The notes under the pieces were generated by a model. That model worked only from the letters and a program-made list of their open reading frames with translations, was not told where the DNA came from and did no database searches. From assembly GCA_964016885.1 (NCBI GenBank), contig OZ024741.1, positions 176,142,001 through 176,206,000 on the forward strand: a DNA stretch of 64,000 nucleotides, written 5' to 3'. The first letter of the stretch is position 1. Each line of letters starts with the position of its first letter. Source of the stretch: Eledone cirrhosa (lineage: Eukaryota). A program made the translations under genes and the position numbers. Positions 29,301-44,550 of this stretch are shown here, piece after piece.

Positions 29301-30803
29301 CTCCATCCACCAGAGTATTAGAGTTACTATAGACTACCCAAGCAAACACCCCAACCTTCGATTACCTGTACTAGACACAGAACTCTGGTTGGAAACCATT
29401 AATAACAAATAACAAATCCTCCATTCCCATTATGCCAAACCATGTCTTCCAAATATCTGATCCACCGAAACTCGGCTGTTTCGGACCATACCAAAATCAA
29501 CATACTGATTGCGGATTTGGTACGGGTGATGAGAAATGTGTCCCGCATGTGCAACCCCAAATAACTAAAGAGACACATACAACATTTCATCCACCGTATG
29601 CAGTTCTCTGGTTACAATCAGAGAGATAAAATCAGAGTATATAGAGGAGCCAGAACCAAATGGGAAAAAATGATAAATAATGATACAAATGGGACCTGCC
29701 CCTTGTATAGGAGCAACGTTTGGAATGGAATAGAAAGAACTAGGAATAAGGTTAATAGTATAAACTCATGGTATGATAACAATAAATACCAGAGTGTAAT
29801 GTTCATCAATACAACCCCTAGAGGTGAATTAGCTTACAAATTTAGAATGGCCCTAGAGAAACATAAACTTAATATTAAGATAGTAGAAAGACCAGCTACC
29901 TCCATAACAACTCTTATTAGCAATACATACCCTTTTCAAAGACCTTCCTGTATAGATAAGAAATGCATAATCTGTAAACTAAGCCCCCATATTAACTGTA
30001 AAACTAGAAATGTAGTATAGAGCATAAGATGTACTGAAGGACAATGTAGAGATAAGAATATAGTGTACATAGGTGAGACAGCTCGTAGTATAGGAGAAGG
30101 GTTACATGAACACTGGCGAGAACTTCAAGATAAAAAAGAATCATCAATACTCCACCAACATGCTAAAATAGAACATAAGGGCAAATTAGATAGCATAGAA
30201 ATAAAAATAGAATCTACACACAGAAAAGACGCAATGTTTAGACAAATCACAGAGGCAATAAACATAAATGAACTCCAACCAAAATGAAATAGAAAACATG
30301 AATCGAATAGCAACATCACAACTTACAATTAAGGAGAAAATGAAAACACACACCCACATAGAACAAACAACCAATCAGTAACATGTAAATAAACTAATAA
30401 ATAAACAAATAAAAACACACACAGACACCCGAATGTAACACATGCGTAAACTAAGCACACAACACACACAGAAACAAGATGGCGTAGGGCAGAACAAAGC
30501 AGAGGCACAAAACAAAGAAAAAGAAGACAAAGAAAGGAATCCCCAGTCACTGAAGAGGTCACAGAGTGTGTGACGCAAGAACTTTGAAAATATATGAACA
30601 ACCGTCCGGTTATGGAACCAACCAACCAACCGGAAATTTATAAATTCTTAAATTTGTAAATTTAATTTATAATATATTGGAGTGAAAGCAACTGGTGCGT
30701 GCGTGTGTTTCTTATTGGCAACATGACCCTCCCAAAGTATAACAATATCGGTTTCAACACACGTTTTCAGATAAAGAATCTTGCTAAACAAATTCAGAAG
30801 CGA
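26351..30803 (+). mobile_element. Longest PLE family A copy: inverted 3' part (26351-27283, minus) plus N-term-RT-EN-pLTR (27285-30803, plus); pseudogenised
   Basis: GLRKD..GPPTR, SMDFVSLYPSID, QDEGEAIG, RYVDDI, YIGETARS. Hammerhead remnants at 26475-26517 (minus) and 30546-30588 (plus, GAAA mutated to GCAA). (AT)n on both sides. Confidence 0.92.
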
Positions 30804-30823
30804 TATATATATATATATATATA

Positions 30824-31170
30824 TTGGTGCTACACGAGAATCCTGAGGATGGATCTGAACATTAATCCGTATGCACTGAGGATGAAGAACTCAGAGCTGT
30901 ACGGGAGCCTACCAAAAGTGAGCTCGAAAGTGTCACAGATGAGACTGAGGTTGGCTGGACCGGCTAACTGATATCCAGAGTTGACACTGCACTCAGTGCT
31001 CCTCTGGGGGCCCCTGCATGGACACAATGAAAGAGGAAGACCAAGGTTAACATGTTGATGCCCTAAGGACAGACACTGGTCTCTCGGAGACGCAGGACAT
31101 GGCAGTGATAATGAGGGACAGAGACCGCTGGAGAGAAGTCGTCCATGGATCTCGGGAATTTTACCCGCCC
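30824..31170 (+). mobile_element. RTE-type LINE 3' fragment
   Basis: CYTRILRM..ELYGSLPKVS..RLRLAG..LLWGP..RGRP..MRDRDRWR. Confidence 0.75.
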
Positions 31171-31211
31171 TATATACATATATATATAGACATATATATA
31201 TATATATATAT

Positions 31212-34200
31212 TTCGTTTCTGAATTTGTTTAGCAAGGTTCTTTATCTGAAATCGTGTGTTGAAACCGATATTGTTATACTTGGGGGGGGGGGGGGGTCAT
31301 GTTGCCAATAAGAAACACACGCACCAGCTGCGTTCACTTCAATTTATTATAATAAATTTATAAATTTAGGAATTTATAAATCTATAAATTTCTGGTTGGC
31401 TGGTTGGTTCCACAACCAGATGGTTGTTTATATATTGTCAAAGTTCTTTCGTCACACATTCTGTGACCTCTTCAGTGATTGGGGATTCTTTTCTTTGTTT
31501 TTGTGCCTCTCCTTTGTTCTGTCCTACGCCATTTTGTTTCTGTGTGTGTGTTGTGTGCTCAGTCTGCGCATGCGCCACATCCGGGTGTCTGTGCGTGTTT
31601 ATATTTGTTTATTTATTTGTTTATTTACATGTTACAGGTTGGCTGTTTGTTCTATGTGTGTGTGTGTTTTCATTTTGTCCTTAATTGTAAGTTGTGATGT
31701 TGCTGTTCCACTCATATTTTCTATTTAATTTTGGTTGTAATTCTTTTATGTTTATTGCCTCTGTGATTTGTCTAAACATTGCGTCTTTTCTGTGTATAGA
31801 TTCTATTTTTATTTCTATGTTCTCTAATTTACCCTTATGTTCTATTTTAGCATGTTGGTAGAGTACAGATGATTCTTTACTATCTTGAAGCTCTCGCCAG
31901 TGTTCATTTATCCGTTCTCCTATACTACGAGCTGTATCACCTATGTACACTATATTTTTGTCTCTACATTGTCCTTCAGTACATCTTATGCTATACACTA
32001 CATTTCTAGTTTTACAGTTAATATGGGGGCTTATTTTACAAGTTATTCATTTCTTATCTATACAGGGGGGTCTTTGAAAAGGGTATGTCTTGCTAATAAG
32101 TGTTTTTACGAAGGTAACTGGTCTTTCTACTATCTTAATATTGAGTTTATGTTTATCTAGGGCCCTTCTAAATGTGTAAGCTAATTCACCTCTAGGGGTT
32201 GTATCGATGAACATTACACTCTGGTATTTATTGCTATCATACCATGAGTTTATTCTATTAGCATTATTCCTAGTTCTTTCTATTCTATTCCAAAATTTGC
32301 TCCTATACAACACTTCATCCACCGTATGCAGTTCTCTGGTTACAATCAGAGAGATAAAATCACAGTGTATAGAGGAGCCAGAACCAAATTGGAAAAAATG
32401 GTAAATAATGACACAAATGGGACCTCTCCCTTGTATAGGAGCAAATTATGGAATAGAATAGAAAGAACTAGGAATAAGGCTAATAGAATAAACTCATGGT
32501 ATCGAAAAACCATAACATCTCGACAACTACACTTCATAAAAGAATGTGCCTCGTCCCGAGTTTACACCAACACAATCAACACCGACGTAAGAAGATTACA
32601 ACTCACCAAAAAGCAAGCAGATAGGCTAAAACGAACACTAATTCTAAACATAAAAAAAGAAGATCTATAGAGAATTAAGTCATCAAGAAAAGCATAAGCG
32701 TAACCTAATACAAGACATAGCTAGGATCACCACACCAAGAGAGAAACTAATATTTATAAGCCTTATACGTCCTGAAGAACAGTACATTGCTCAAGAATGT
32801 GATAAGCACTTTAACATAAAACTAAATCAGGATACTGTAGAGAATACCAATATATATCCCAACAAAATTGACGGTATAAATATGGCCGACACCTCATTAA
32901 CAGATGAGTTCATCAACAACAACAACAACACAAATATATACGGCAACACGGCAATAGACCCTGGTGAATTATCTGTATTACTTCTACCACCGAAATTTGC
33001 GACATTCAAGAAGGTAAATATAATTAGTTGTCTGTCAGAAATAGAAAAATCATTTACAAAATTACGTTGGAGCCTCAAAAACAAAAACAAAAACAACAAC
33101 ATACGCACGCACATGTACAACACACATCCCAACAACAACAGATACACAGACACAAACAACAATAACAACAACACACACACTAACAATAATAACATACCCA
33201 GAAACAACAACAACAGACACGCAGACACAAATAACAATAACAACACACACAACAATAATAACACACACGGAAACAACAACAACAACACACATCAACAACA
33301 GCACACATCAACAACAACACACACACATTCAATGCCTTTCACCACCACCACAATCTTAACAAACACACAGACACAGAAAACAAGTAACGACAGTAGCACA
33401 GAAATCACAGAAATAAGGGAAAGTAATAGGATTAAAAGGAGAAGGGAGACAATGGACAAAGAAAATAACCAAGACGAACACACAGACACACAAAATAGAG
33501 TAGATAATAACAATGAGCCAGTGGAAAGAGACAGGAGTAATTATGAGAGACATAGAAACAACCATGAGGCTGTTGGTGGAAATAGAAATAGAAACAACAC
33601 AACTAACAATAACAATAGCACTAGTACACATAAAGCAGCAGCCTGGAACTCTACTTTTTATAATCCCTCCGATAAGTCGTTCGACCTGCGACGAGTCCAC
33701 CCCACGACTTTACCATTTAACAAACGCACGCAATTGCCGTCGCAGGTCGATGAACAAACAGAAGCACAATTTAGTATAGCTAGATCCGAACTTAGAAATA
33801 TTATAGAACAGTATAACAAGAAGCATAATAGAATGGAGGCCCAGCAACTGGGAGAAAATCTGCAAATGGCTTGCGTAAGCTCATGCAGCGCTCACGTAAT
33901 GGAGAGATAGCATGCTTTCCAACAGACAAGTCTGGCAGAATGTCGGTTGACAGCCTGCCAAACTACATCCAGGCAATGCAACCCCCACATCGCTAACACA
34001 AGAGAAGTAACACCACAGGAGCATGAGGATAGAGAAAAAGCCCTCAATGCCCATAAGGTGATGTGGACGAAGATAATGCAGCCCAACAAAAGGACTGCCA
34101 ACAACTTCCAGGCCTGGAACAATCACGTGCCGGCGTTGTATGGGCTTCGAAAAGACCATAAAGCGGGCAGTGACCCTGTCACGGGACCACCAACACGGCC

Positions 34201-35347
34201 AGTCTATGGGGCTAACATTGCTAGTAACTACAGTTCTCTGGTTACAATCAGAGAGATAATATCAGAGTGTATAGAGGAGCCAGAACCAAATGGGAAAAAA
34301 TGGTAAATAATGACACAAATGGGACCTGCCCCTTGTATAGGAGCAAATTTTGGAATAGAATAGAAAGAACTAGGAATAATGCTAATAGAATAAACTCATG
34401 GTATGCTAGCAATAAATGCCAGAGTGTAATGTTCATCGATACAACCCCTAGAGTTGAATTAGCTTACAAATTTAGAAGGGCCCTAGATAAACATAAACTC
34501 AATATTAAGATAGTAGAAAGACCAGGTACCTCCGTAAAAACACTTATTATCAAGACATACCCTTTTCAAAGACCCCCCTGTATAGATAAGAAATGTATAA
34601 CATGTAAAATAAGCCCCCATATTAACCGTAAAACTAGAAATGTAGTGTATAGCATAAGATGTACTGAAGGACAATGTAGAGACAAAAATATAGTGTACAT
34701 AGGTGAGATAGCTCGTAGTGTAGGGGAACGGATAAATGAACACTGGCGAGACCTTTAAGATAGTAGAGAATCATCTGTACTCTACCAACATGCTAAAATA
34801 GAACATAAGGGTAAATTAGAGAACATAGAAATAAAAATAGAATCTACACACAGAAAAGACGCAATGTTTAGACAAATGACAGAGGCAATAAACATAAAAG
34901 AATTACAACCAACATTAAATAGAAAATATGAGTGGAACAGAAACATCACACCTTACAATTAAGGACAAAATGAAAACACACACACACATAGAACAAACAA
35001 CCAACCTGTAACATGTAAATAAACAAATAAATAAACAAACAGACACCCGGATGTGGCGCATGCGCAGACTGAGCACACATCACACACACAGAAACAAAAT
35101 GGCGTAGGACAGAACAAAGGAGCGGCACAAAAACAAAGAAAAGAATCCTCAGTTACTGAAGAGGTCACAGAATATGTGACGAAAGAAATTTGACAATATA
35201 TAAACAACTATCTGGTTGTGGAACCAACTAACCAACCAGAAATTTATAGATTTATAAATTCCTAAATTTATAAATTTATTATAATAAATTGAAGTGAAAC
35301 GACTGGTGCCTGTGTTTCTTATTGGCAACATGACCCTCCCAAAGTAT

Positions 35348-35351
<4 letters not shown>
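31212..35351 (+). mobile_element. Rearranged PLE family A: inverted 3' part (31212-32310), thumb fragment, N-terminal ORF, RT-core deletion, EN-pLTR
   Basis: ORFs 32882-33910, 33947-34230 and 34267-34758; hammerheads at 31437-31479 (minus) and 35151-35194 (plus). Confidence 0.9.
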
Positions 35352-35386
<35 letters not shown>

Positions 35387-36823
35387 TATACATATATTAT
35401 TAATACGTGAATTTGATATATAGATATATATAAAGCTATTAATCGAGTAAGTATGTAATGTCACTTTTATGTATATTAAAGATATTAAGTAATTTGATAC
35501 GGAATTAAGAATATCTAATTAGTGGTCTCGCGCTTCTAAGTACGAACACAACGGAGGTTAATTTAGACTTTGGAATCCATGGGCCCTGAAATAAATACAG
35601 CTTATTATATAGGATAGTGTTTTCCTTAGTGGATTCCTCGTCAGGTTTTCACATAAATAAATACATATTCTAAAACTATATATTCTTTCTGATAAATAGG
35701 GTAGTGCATTGTATTTTATCTCAAGTTAAACTCACAGTTCACAAATATCTCCCCTTTAGGCGAGCATCTAACCCACTCTGGTGTTATAACAATAACATAA
35801 AACACAATAACATTGGCATGAATTCAATATAATTCATTACGTCTTTGATAAATTTCATGTAAGTTGAGAAGACAGTATTCTGCTAGCCACCAGGCAGGAA
35901 TTTCTTATGACATCAAAGTTTGACGATGACAACAACAACAACAACAAACAAAGAAATATAACAACAAAAATGCAGTAATACGAGAGAAATGCAGTAATTT
36001 CGAATATGCTTAGCCGTAATAAAGTGTATGATGTGCCAAAAACACGGAAATCAGAAACAAAACAAAAATCTAGTAAAGAGAATGTTGGTGTCATAGTCAT
36101 CTTTATAACCATTTTTAACACCTGAGCTCAAATCCCTCCATGGTCAACATTGACTTTATCCTTCGGGATCACTAAATTAAAGTACCAGTTACATAATGAG
36201 GCTAAAATAACCATCCAAAAGTCTAGTCTTGTGCTAATTTCTAGCCCTCAGTTTATCAGATAACTACTTCCAAGATAGAATGGAAAAGATATAATTTCCG
36301 TCAAAAAATAATTTCAAGAACAAAAAAGGAAATAATAGAAAATAAAAACAAAATAATGTGATTATGAAGAAATTACTTTTACACAAAAAAAAAAAAGAAA
36401 TTGTTGAGCACTCAACTTTTTGGGTGCTGGTCATTTATCAAAAGAAACATGGGAAGAAGAAAACAAACATTGACTAATGGTTTTACAGTGAACGAGGCCT
36501 GGCGGATAGCTCCTGTTTCTTGTACCCATCACGTTCAATATTTATGACCATATATCGTACATTGTAGAAACTGTGTTTAACACGATGTTGTTGTTAAGCC
36601 AGAGAGCAGATCAATGGCTTAACCCTTTAGTGTTCAAACCGGCCCAAACCGGCCAGAATTCTGTATCTCTTTCTGTTGAAACTGGCTGTAACTGGTCGCT
36701 CAAACTTATGTTAAGGTATTGTTCTCAAACTAAATACTTTCAAAATCTCATAGATTCGATATTATGTGAGATAATTATGTGAGGTAAAGCCTTTACCATG
36801 AAAATATAATAGTATATATAAAA

Positions 36824-37006
36824 TAATTGTTTCTACTTTTTGGCACAAGGCCAGCAATTACTCAGTGCATTAGTGGTACTTTATTTTATTGAACCCCGTA
36901 AGGATGAAAGGCAAAGTTAACCTCGGCGTGATTCGAACTCAGAATATCAAGGGCCATAACTCTATGCGTCAAAGCATAGCGTCCGACCCTCTACCGATAC
37001 TGCCAA
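36824..37006 (-). mobile_element. tRNA-derived SINE
   Basis: Reverse complement of the 14157 family, with B box GAGTTCGAATC. Confidence 0.85.
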
Positions 37007-37858
37007 AAAATAATGTGAACGCTAAAGGGTGAAAACATTCCATCTGTGATTATTCTCAAATAGTATATCATGGACAACATTACTTCCTTCTTTTCTTAAA
37101 AACAGTAGGCTGATTTGACTGTTTATTCTAGCATTTCAAAGAATAAGGTAGAATATCTCTCATTGGCTTAGAGTTAACAATTTTTAAAATTATTTTCCCC
37201 TGTGCTTTGCATCGTATCGAAACTTAAACAAATACGTTACAGAAATAATGTATTTTATGGTTAATATGTAACAAGTCAGGACACATTGTCAAGATTTATT
37301 GTGAAGTTTATATTTGTTTAGTCAATGACTATTTATTATATTACATAGATGATATATACGTTATATTACACATTGAATCTCGGAAATAAATGAAGTTTGC
37401 TTTTACATTTGACTTATATTACTTTCAATTTATTATTTGTAAATTTCCTATTTTATGGTATATTTAATGTGATTATAAGAATATAGTGATGCACTATTGG
37501 TATACGCACACAAATAGTTGTACACACTCATATGTTATAGGTAAGCGTTTATATTTCCAGAGGAAGAAATAATGACTCAATACCCAAGGTAGAATCTGTG
37601 TATTCTATTAGAAAAGGAAACGTCTTCAATAGTGTTTCACATTCTCTACACCAGGTCCGAACACAAAACAACCAAACTTCCTCTATCACTGCCTCCGTCT
37701 TTCCCGCTCACTCCATCTCTCACTATTGTGAGTAAATGGGGGCACACGGTGGACAGAATACAGAAGGCGTTTCCCCGGAAGATAATAAGGGAGACGCGTT
37801 GGAAGAAACATTCCAGCTCGTGAGGCCGAATTGTTACTCTGAATATTCAAACGACTGT

Positions 37859-37972
<114 letters not shown>

Positions 37973-38037
37973 ACACACACATACACACACACACGCACAC
38001 ACACACACCCACACACACACACACATACACATACACA

Positions 38038-38069
<32 letters not shown>

Positions 38070-38772
38070 TACACACACACACACACACACACGAACACAC
38101 AAACATACACACACACACAAACACACGAACACACACACACACTCTCTCTCACCCCCTCCCCACATATATATTTATATATAGAAAGAGATCTGTATGTGTA
38201 GGTGAATGTTTGTGTGTGTGTATGTTTGTTTGTTTGTTTGCTTTTTGGGATGTGTGTGTATGTATGTGTGTGTTCGTGTGTGTGTATTCAAAAACCTTCA
38301 AATTAAAATTATAGATGGTTTCGCCACTCGAAATATAAAAGAGAGAAAAAAACGAAAGAGAGTCAATACTAAAGTCGTTTATCTGACTTCAGTCATTCAC
38401 CACACATATATATCTACGATATACTGACCAGTCTAGATTAGTCTACATACAAATATTTTTTTTCCTATAAGGGTAAATGATATCTGATTGAATTATATTC
38501 TGTAAATAACTAATGCTATTTTGTCAACACTGAAAAGATAAATGCCAATGCTAACCCCTGGCAGAACGTAACCCACGATGTTGTAGTCGGATGAATCTAA
38601 ATATTGTAAGACGGTAGATAATATAAACTAAAATGGATTCTCTCTCAGTCCTATCATATCACAAGTAAAATCAATTCTATAATAAGTAGTTTCTCAATAA
38701 CAAAACTAATGATTTTATTTAACAAGATTGCCAGTCCTGGTTTGTAATCGATATAAATGTTTTCTCTCTCTC

Positions 38773-38859
<87 letters not shown>

Positions 38860-40869
38860 GTATATATGTGTATGTGGAGGTTCTTATCTAAATTGAGTTT
38901 GATGGCTTTTAAAATGTGGAAAGTTGCTGTTTTTAATTGACTAGCTTCGAAATAGTCTGTTACTTAATATTTTAAAATCTTACTTGTTGTTTAGCCACTC
39001 AGATCACACCAACAATTATGGGAGAGTGGAAGACATTATCAAATCGGAGCCCTACTGTCATTGCGTGCAACAAAATGTATTTCGTTAAAGGTACCGCCTT
39101 GGACTCACTCTTTATTTATCAACCCCAAACAGATGGCTGGAAGGTCATCTTGACATTGGCGGCGAGACTCAAAATCAGGTGTCTATCTGGATTGTAAAGA
39201 GTTCATATTTCATCATTAGGATATATAGCTTAATCACTTAACCATTACAAAGCCTAGTTAATTCAGCTGTAAATAGGCATCACTATGTTACTAATGATTT
39301 CATCAGCACACAGCGCATTTTATTCTTTATGTATTTTGTTTTCTTTCATCACAATATTCATGCCTTACGAACAGTATTTATAGCTTGGAGGAATTCTTGC
39401 TCGTGATTATCCTTCCCTAAATGTATAAGCCGATGTTGACCCACCAGTATAAGGAACCCTTATGAGAGGAAAGCTTTTATCATTGACGGATTTATTTATA
39501 TTCATGAACAACTTTAATACAAAGAAGTTGGAACTGGTGAAGAGCCCCAAAGATATATGTGACACCTGTGCTATGTACCATACGATATACTAATATAATC
39601 GTAGCAGTGACTAAACATGTAATCTATGCATCATATGTGCTGCAACGTTAACGAAACCATACCTATTATATCACACTTAAAGTGTATCTGAAAACACTTA
39701 ATATTTGATCATATAAACCGATAAACTCCAAGGCACTCATATCGTGTGAAAACGTCGACTCCATTTTCATCAATAATCCAATATTTAAACACATCTGCGA
39801 AGCCTACAGCAAGATTAAAGGAACGATTACTTTAACCTCTCACATCTGCGAAATTCTTAGAGAAGAGATAATTTCTCTGATGTTTAAATTGCATGATAGA
39901 TGCTAATCTTCCATTAAATTATATAATTTTAGTTTCGTGTGCTTGCCTAACATTTAACTAAGAAATACAAGTTTGAGATAATGATAACGCCATACATTAA
40001 TATCGAAATCACTTGAAAGATTCTATGTTTAATTTCGTAAATTAGAAAACTTTCTTACGATTTTTAAATGTTTCATATCAGTCGAGCGAATATTGTGAAT
40101 GGAAATATGATTTAAAATGAAATTTAGTTAATTTAAAATTATGTTTGATTTTTTATTATTTAGATCGAGAAAAGAAGTGAAGAGGTAGACACAGAATCAT
40201 AGATCAACTGTAGTATATAATAATTCTTCTTATTATTTAGTTTAATAAAGATATTTATTTAGTTATAATATTCTATATTGTGAGTTCACGTCTTAATGAG
40301 TTTTATTTTGATATTGCTTTTCCAGGGTTGATGTATTATGTACGAAACCCAGTGAGGGCAATACAGTCAATTGTATCATACGTATAAATTTGTGTGTGCT
40401 AATCAATGTAAGAACATATTGATTATATATATCTTACCGGGATCAGAGTTTTGTGTTTTGTTCATAATCATGAGAGGTTAAAGAAAATGGCTTAGGTTAA
40501 TATTGAGAATGTGAATTTTGGACTTTTGAAAATTATGGATTGTATTTAAAAGCTTTTAAGATTAAAGTTCTAGAAGATTGTTATTCTCAGAAAAAAAATA
40601 ATTGAGAAATTGTTTAAATAGAGACTGGTGGTTAATATACAATTAAAGTATCAAACAAATAGGAAGTGTTTGAAATAAATTGGTTTTGTGCTAGATGGTA
40701 TACAGCCAACATGTACGGGGGAAAATTTACGAGATATATCGCTTTATGGAGTAACCACTCATTCTTCAAGTTATCTATTTCTAACCTTTTAACATCGCAC
40801 ATTTGTAACGTTATATATTTTTAGTACAGTCGATTAACTCAAACCCAGCACTCGAGTCGTACTACGTTT

Positions 40870-41400
40870 TACCGAATTCGTAAGGTTCTGCAGGAGTATG
40901 GGATCGGTATTCAGCTTCCTGCTGTCCTCTATGCGAATGCCAGAGTATTTATGTTCGAATAAATGGTGCTAATTGAAACCATTCAATGTGGGAGTCGCAG
41001 TCTACCAAAGATGCGTACTATCACCTCTCCTGTCTATGACAAAGATTGACATGCGCAGTCAGGTTGGAAGTGGTATCATGATTGGCAGGTGTAAAATCAG
41101 TCGACTGGAAATTGCAGACGACATGACGTTATTTATCTCGAGAGAAGGTGATCTCCGATTTGCACTTGATAAGTTTGATTCCAAGTGGTGCATGGCTGGA
41201 ATGAAAATCAGTACTGCCAAAACCGAGACACTCAAGGAAGCATGTGAATGGAATTCCACTGAAGCAGGTGGAGAAGTTCAAGTATCTCGGGGGCGTATTC
41301 ACGAATGATGAAAGGCAGAAGGCTGAGTTAAGTGCAAGAATTGCAGCAGAAAGTGCAGCAATGTGGCAGTTTCAGCATACGGTAATCAGAAGAAGGGAGG
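40870..41400 (+). mobile_element. RTE LINE RT fragment
   Basis: GV.Q.CVLSPLL, LEIADD, GMKISTAKTE, LKQVEKFKYLG. Confidence 0.8.
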
Positions 41401-42181
41401 CTGCCTTTGTGTTACGTCCTTATTGAGCAACAAATTAACAAACATTATTCCGTAAATCTATATTGAAGTGCTTTCCAAACGTATCTGTCCTGTTCATTTT
41501 GATTTCTACCACAATGTAGAAGGATCTCATAACCAAATATGCCTTTCAATTCCTCAGAAAGTAGTGTGCCATTTGAGTGGGACCTGACGGAAATATTTAG
41601 TAGGATAGGTATCTACGTGCCCCTCTGTTACCTTATATTAAAAATGTAATAATTGTTAAAGACTGATTGCGCATATCGTAGGGGTTAAGTTCCTGGGCTC
41701 AAGATATTAAGGCGTATTGTTCAGTTTCCGGTAGTACATTCATGAGCAATGCTCTTTATTTCATGTTTCACCAGCATTCTTCGCGTGAAAAAATGAGTTA
41801 TTTTTGATATCCAAGGGGCGGACCATGTAACAGATGTACCTTGCTGTATCTTCATGCAAACAAGTGTAAGTGTCGTTTAGTCTCTTGCACGTTAATTTCA
41901 CGACCAGACGGCTCGAACAACTGGAGCAATCTTTGTCGAAACTAACGGATGGCCAACAGGGCGCTTATTATCAATAAAAACAAGCTCCTGGATTGTTGGC
42001 CTTTTATTGCAGGATATACTTAAGTTGACAATTATAAATTGTTATAACAGAAATATTAAATAAATCTTTTTCTCTCTCTAGCTTTCTTTTGTTGAGAGGC
42101 TATTATTATTTTCTGTTTATATACTGAAATGTCAATGCTACTAGTAAATTAGAAGGACTATATATATATATATATATATAT

Positions 42182-42319
<138 letters not shown>

Positions 42320-42323
42320 CGTG

Positions 42324-42380
<57 letters not shown>

Positions 42381-42383
<3 letters not shown>

Positions 42384-44110
42384 CAGAAGTTGTATTTATT
42401 TGTTGGAAGTCCGACAAACATAAATGTTTATAACTGATTTAGAGCACTCAACCAGTTACTGGAGTAAATATTCAATGATATTAAATAAATAGAAACTTTA
42501 TTTATTAAACCATATTTATTTTATTATATATATTTCAAGGGCAACCAAGACAATATTGGTACGCTTTCATCAGATAAAATACAAAGTTTGTTTTATAAAT
42601 AGAGACATACCCATAAAAATCATACCTTATCGGTTGGAAATTCACTGGATAGTGGAAATATATTAGGGATTATCCAAACTTATGTGTGAATATGCAAATG
42701 AATATGTAAATAATTGAAAAACAACCGTTTATTTAAATGACACTGGAGATAAGAGAGAGAAAAAAAATATTACGAGAGAGATAGAGAGAAGAAATTAACA
42801 AGAGGATGAATAGAACTCATGTAACGTTAATTTGGGGTAATATATTTTCAGTATATATCTACTAATGGTACGTGTATTTACGATTAATTAGTTGTTAAAA
42901 TTCTTTTCTAATATATTTACTGTTATAAGTAGATAGAAGATTAGATAGAAAAATAGATAGAAAAATAAATAGATGGAAAAATAGATAGAAAATAAATAGA
43001 AAAAATAAATAGAAAAATAGAAAAATAAATCAATAAATAGATAAATAGATAAATACATAAATAAATGGATAGATGGGTATATCGTGTTATAGATAATTGT
43101 TTTAATGAGTTATGAGGGATATTGGTTTATATTTAATGTAAGTAAATATTAAGTTAAATTAAATTCAGTCAACTGAGTTGATAAGAATATTTATATTTAT
43201 ATATTTTAAAATGGGAAGATACGGAAAAAACTCCACTTTTGTTTATTTATTCGTTAGTATGAGACTATTTTGTCGAAATAAGTATAAATGTTAAAGATAT
43301 AAATGTTGAAAGATATATTTAGTTAGTGGTTATAAATCTAATAAAAGATATTAAAAAATTTATTTAAAAATATTAAAAATTCGGGAAAATAAAAAAAAAA
43401 TGTATAAGAGATAAGTAATTTTTTTAAAAATAAGTAATTTTTAAAAATATATGAAAAAATTTAGGAAATAAAAAATAAAAAATAAAGTATTAAAAAATAT
43501 TAAAATTAAAATTAAAATTAAATTAAAAAAAATAAATTTAAAAATGAGGATCATATATGTATACATATATGCACCAGGTGGTGCTATTATGTTAGCCTGG
43601 GCCAATACTGGCCGAAACCTATCAAAGTTATCAAAGTTATATATTTTGAGAAACTTTAAAAAGTGAAATTATAGCAAATATTATAGATATGATTTAGAGA
43701 TAACAATATAGTAAAACCAAGTGGATAAGATTGTTATGGAAATAATTAGAAATATTATAAGTGCAATTATAATTCATATATAGTTCTAAACGTTGAATTT
43801 AGGCGATGTCTACAAGAACTAAATAAATTCGTCCTTACATTAATATTTATTTTTCTATCTATTTTTCTATCTATTGTTGTGTTCGGATCTGGAAAGTGGA
43901 TGGGCTCCGTCGGTTTTTAAAATGTGCCTAAGAAACGTTGTCTTTCACTATAGTGACCTACAACACCTCCCCATTTTACGGGTTAAAGACATTGGTGAGT
44001 AGTTTATGGATTTAGTCCTGTATTGATTCCGAATATCTCTGTTCACAAAATACATCTAAGGCTTTATTTGTATCTGTAATCTGTAAACCTTGTTCTAACG
44101 AATAAAAAGG
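42381..44110 (-). mobile_element. Family B PLE long 3' part: hammerhead at 42518-42580, A/T-rich low-complexity body, possible endonuclease C-terminal remnant near 43870-44110
   Basis: AUUUUAU-CUGAUGA-AAGCGUACCAA..UUGGUUGCCCUU-GAAA-UAUAUA-UA-AUAAAAU; starts at (AT)n; the distal boundary is uncertain. Confidence 0.65.
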
Positions 44111-44153
44111 CAAGAATGTATGATTGTTTGTTACGGACATATACTTACACGCT

Positions 44154-44227
<74 letters not shown>

Positions 44228-44377
44228 GAAGAAATACCAATAATAATCAGCAGGCTACTGATGACGGACATCTTGTTTCGCGGTTTATTTGTATTCATAT
44301 ATATATATATGTGTGATTTCACGAGCCTTTTGGAGCCCAGAATCGTACGCCTTTCGCTTTTCTCCCCAATAATGTTA

Positions 44378-44550
44378 ATAACAATTGTTTCTACATTTTG
44401 AACAAGACCAGCAATTTGAAGGGGGAGGGGAAAGTCGATTATAACGACCCCAGTGCATTACTGGTACTTTATTTTATCGAACCCGTAAGCATGAAAGGCA
44501 AAGCTAGCCTCGGCGGGATGTGAACTCAGAACGTAAATGGCCGTAACTCG
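44378..44550 (-). mobile_element. tRNA-derived SINE lacking its head
   Basis: ACTGGTACTTTATTTTATCGA..ATGAAAGGCAAAG. Confidence 0.75.

Noticed and set aside
35610-35652. Minus-strand CUGACGA..GAAA
   Set aside because: Stems I and III cannot be formed convincingly.
44258-44300. CTGATGA on the plus strand and GAAACAAGAUGUC on the minus strand
   Set aside because: The halves are on opposite strands, and the minus-strand core is truncated by (AT)n.
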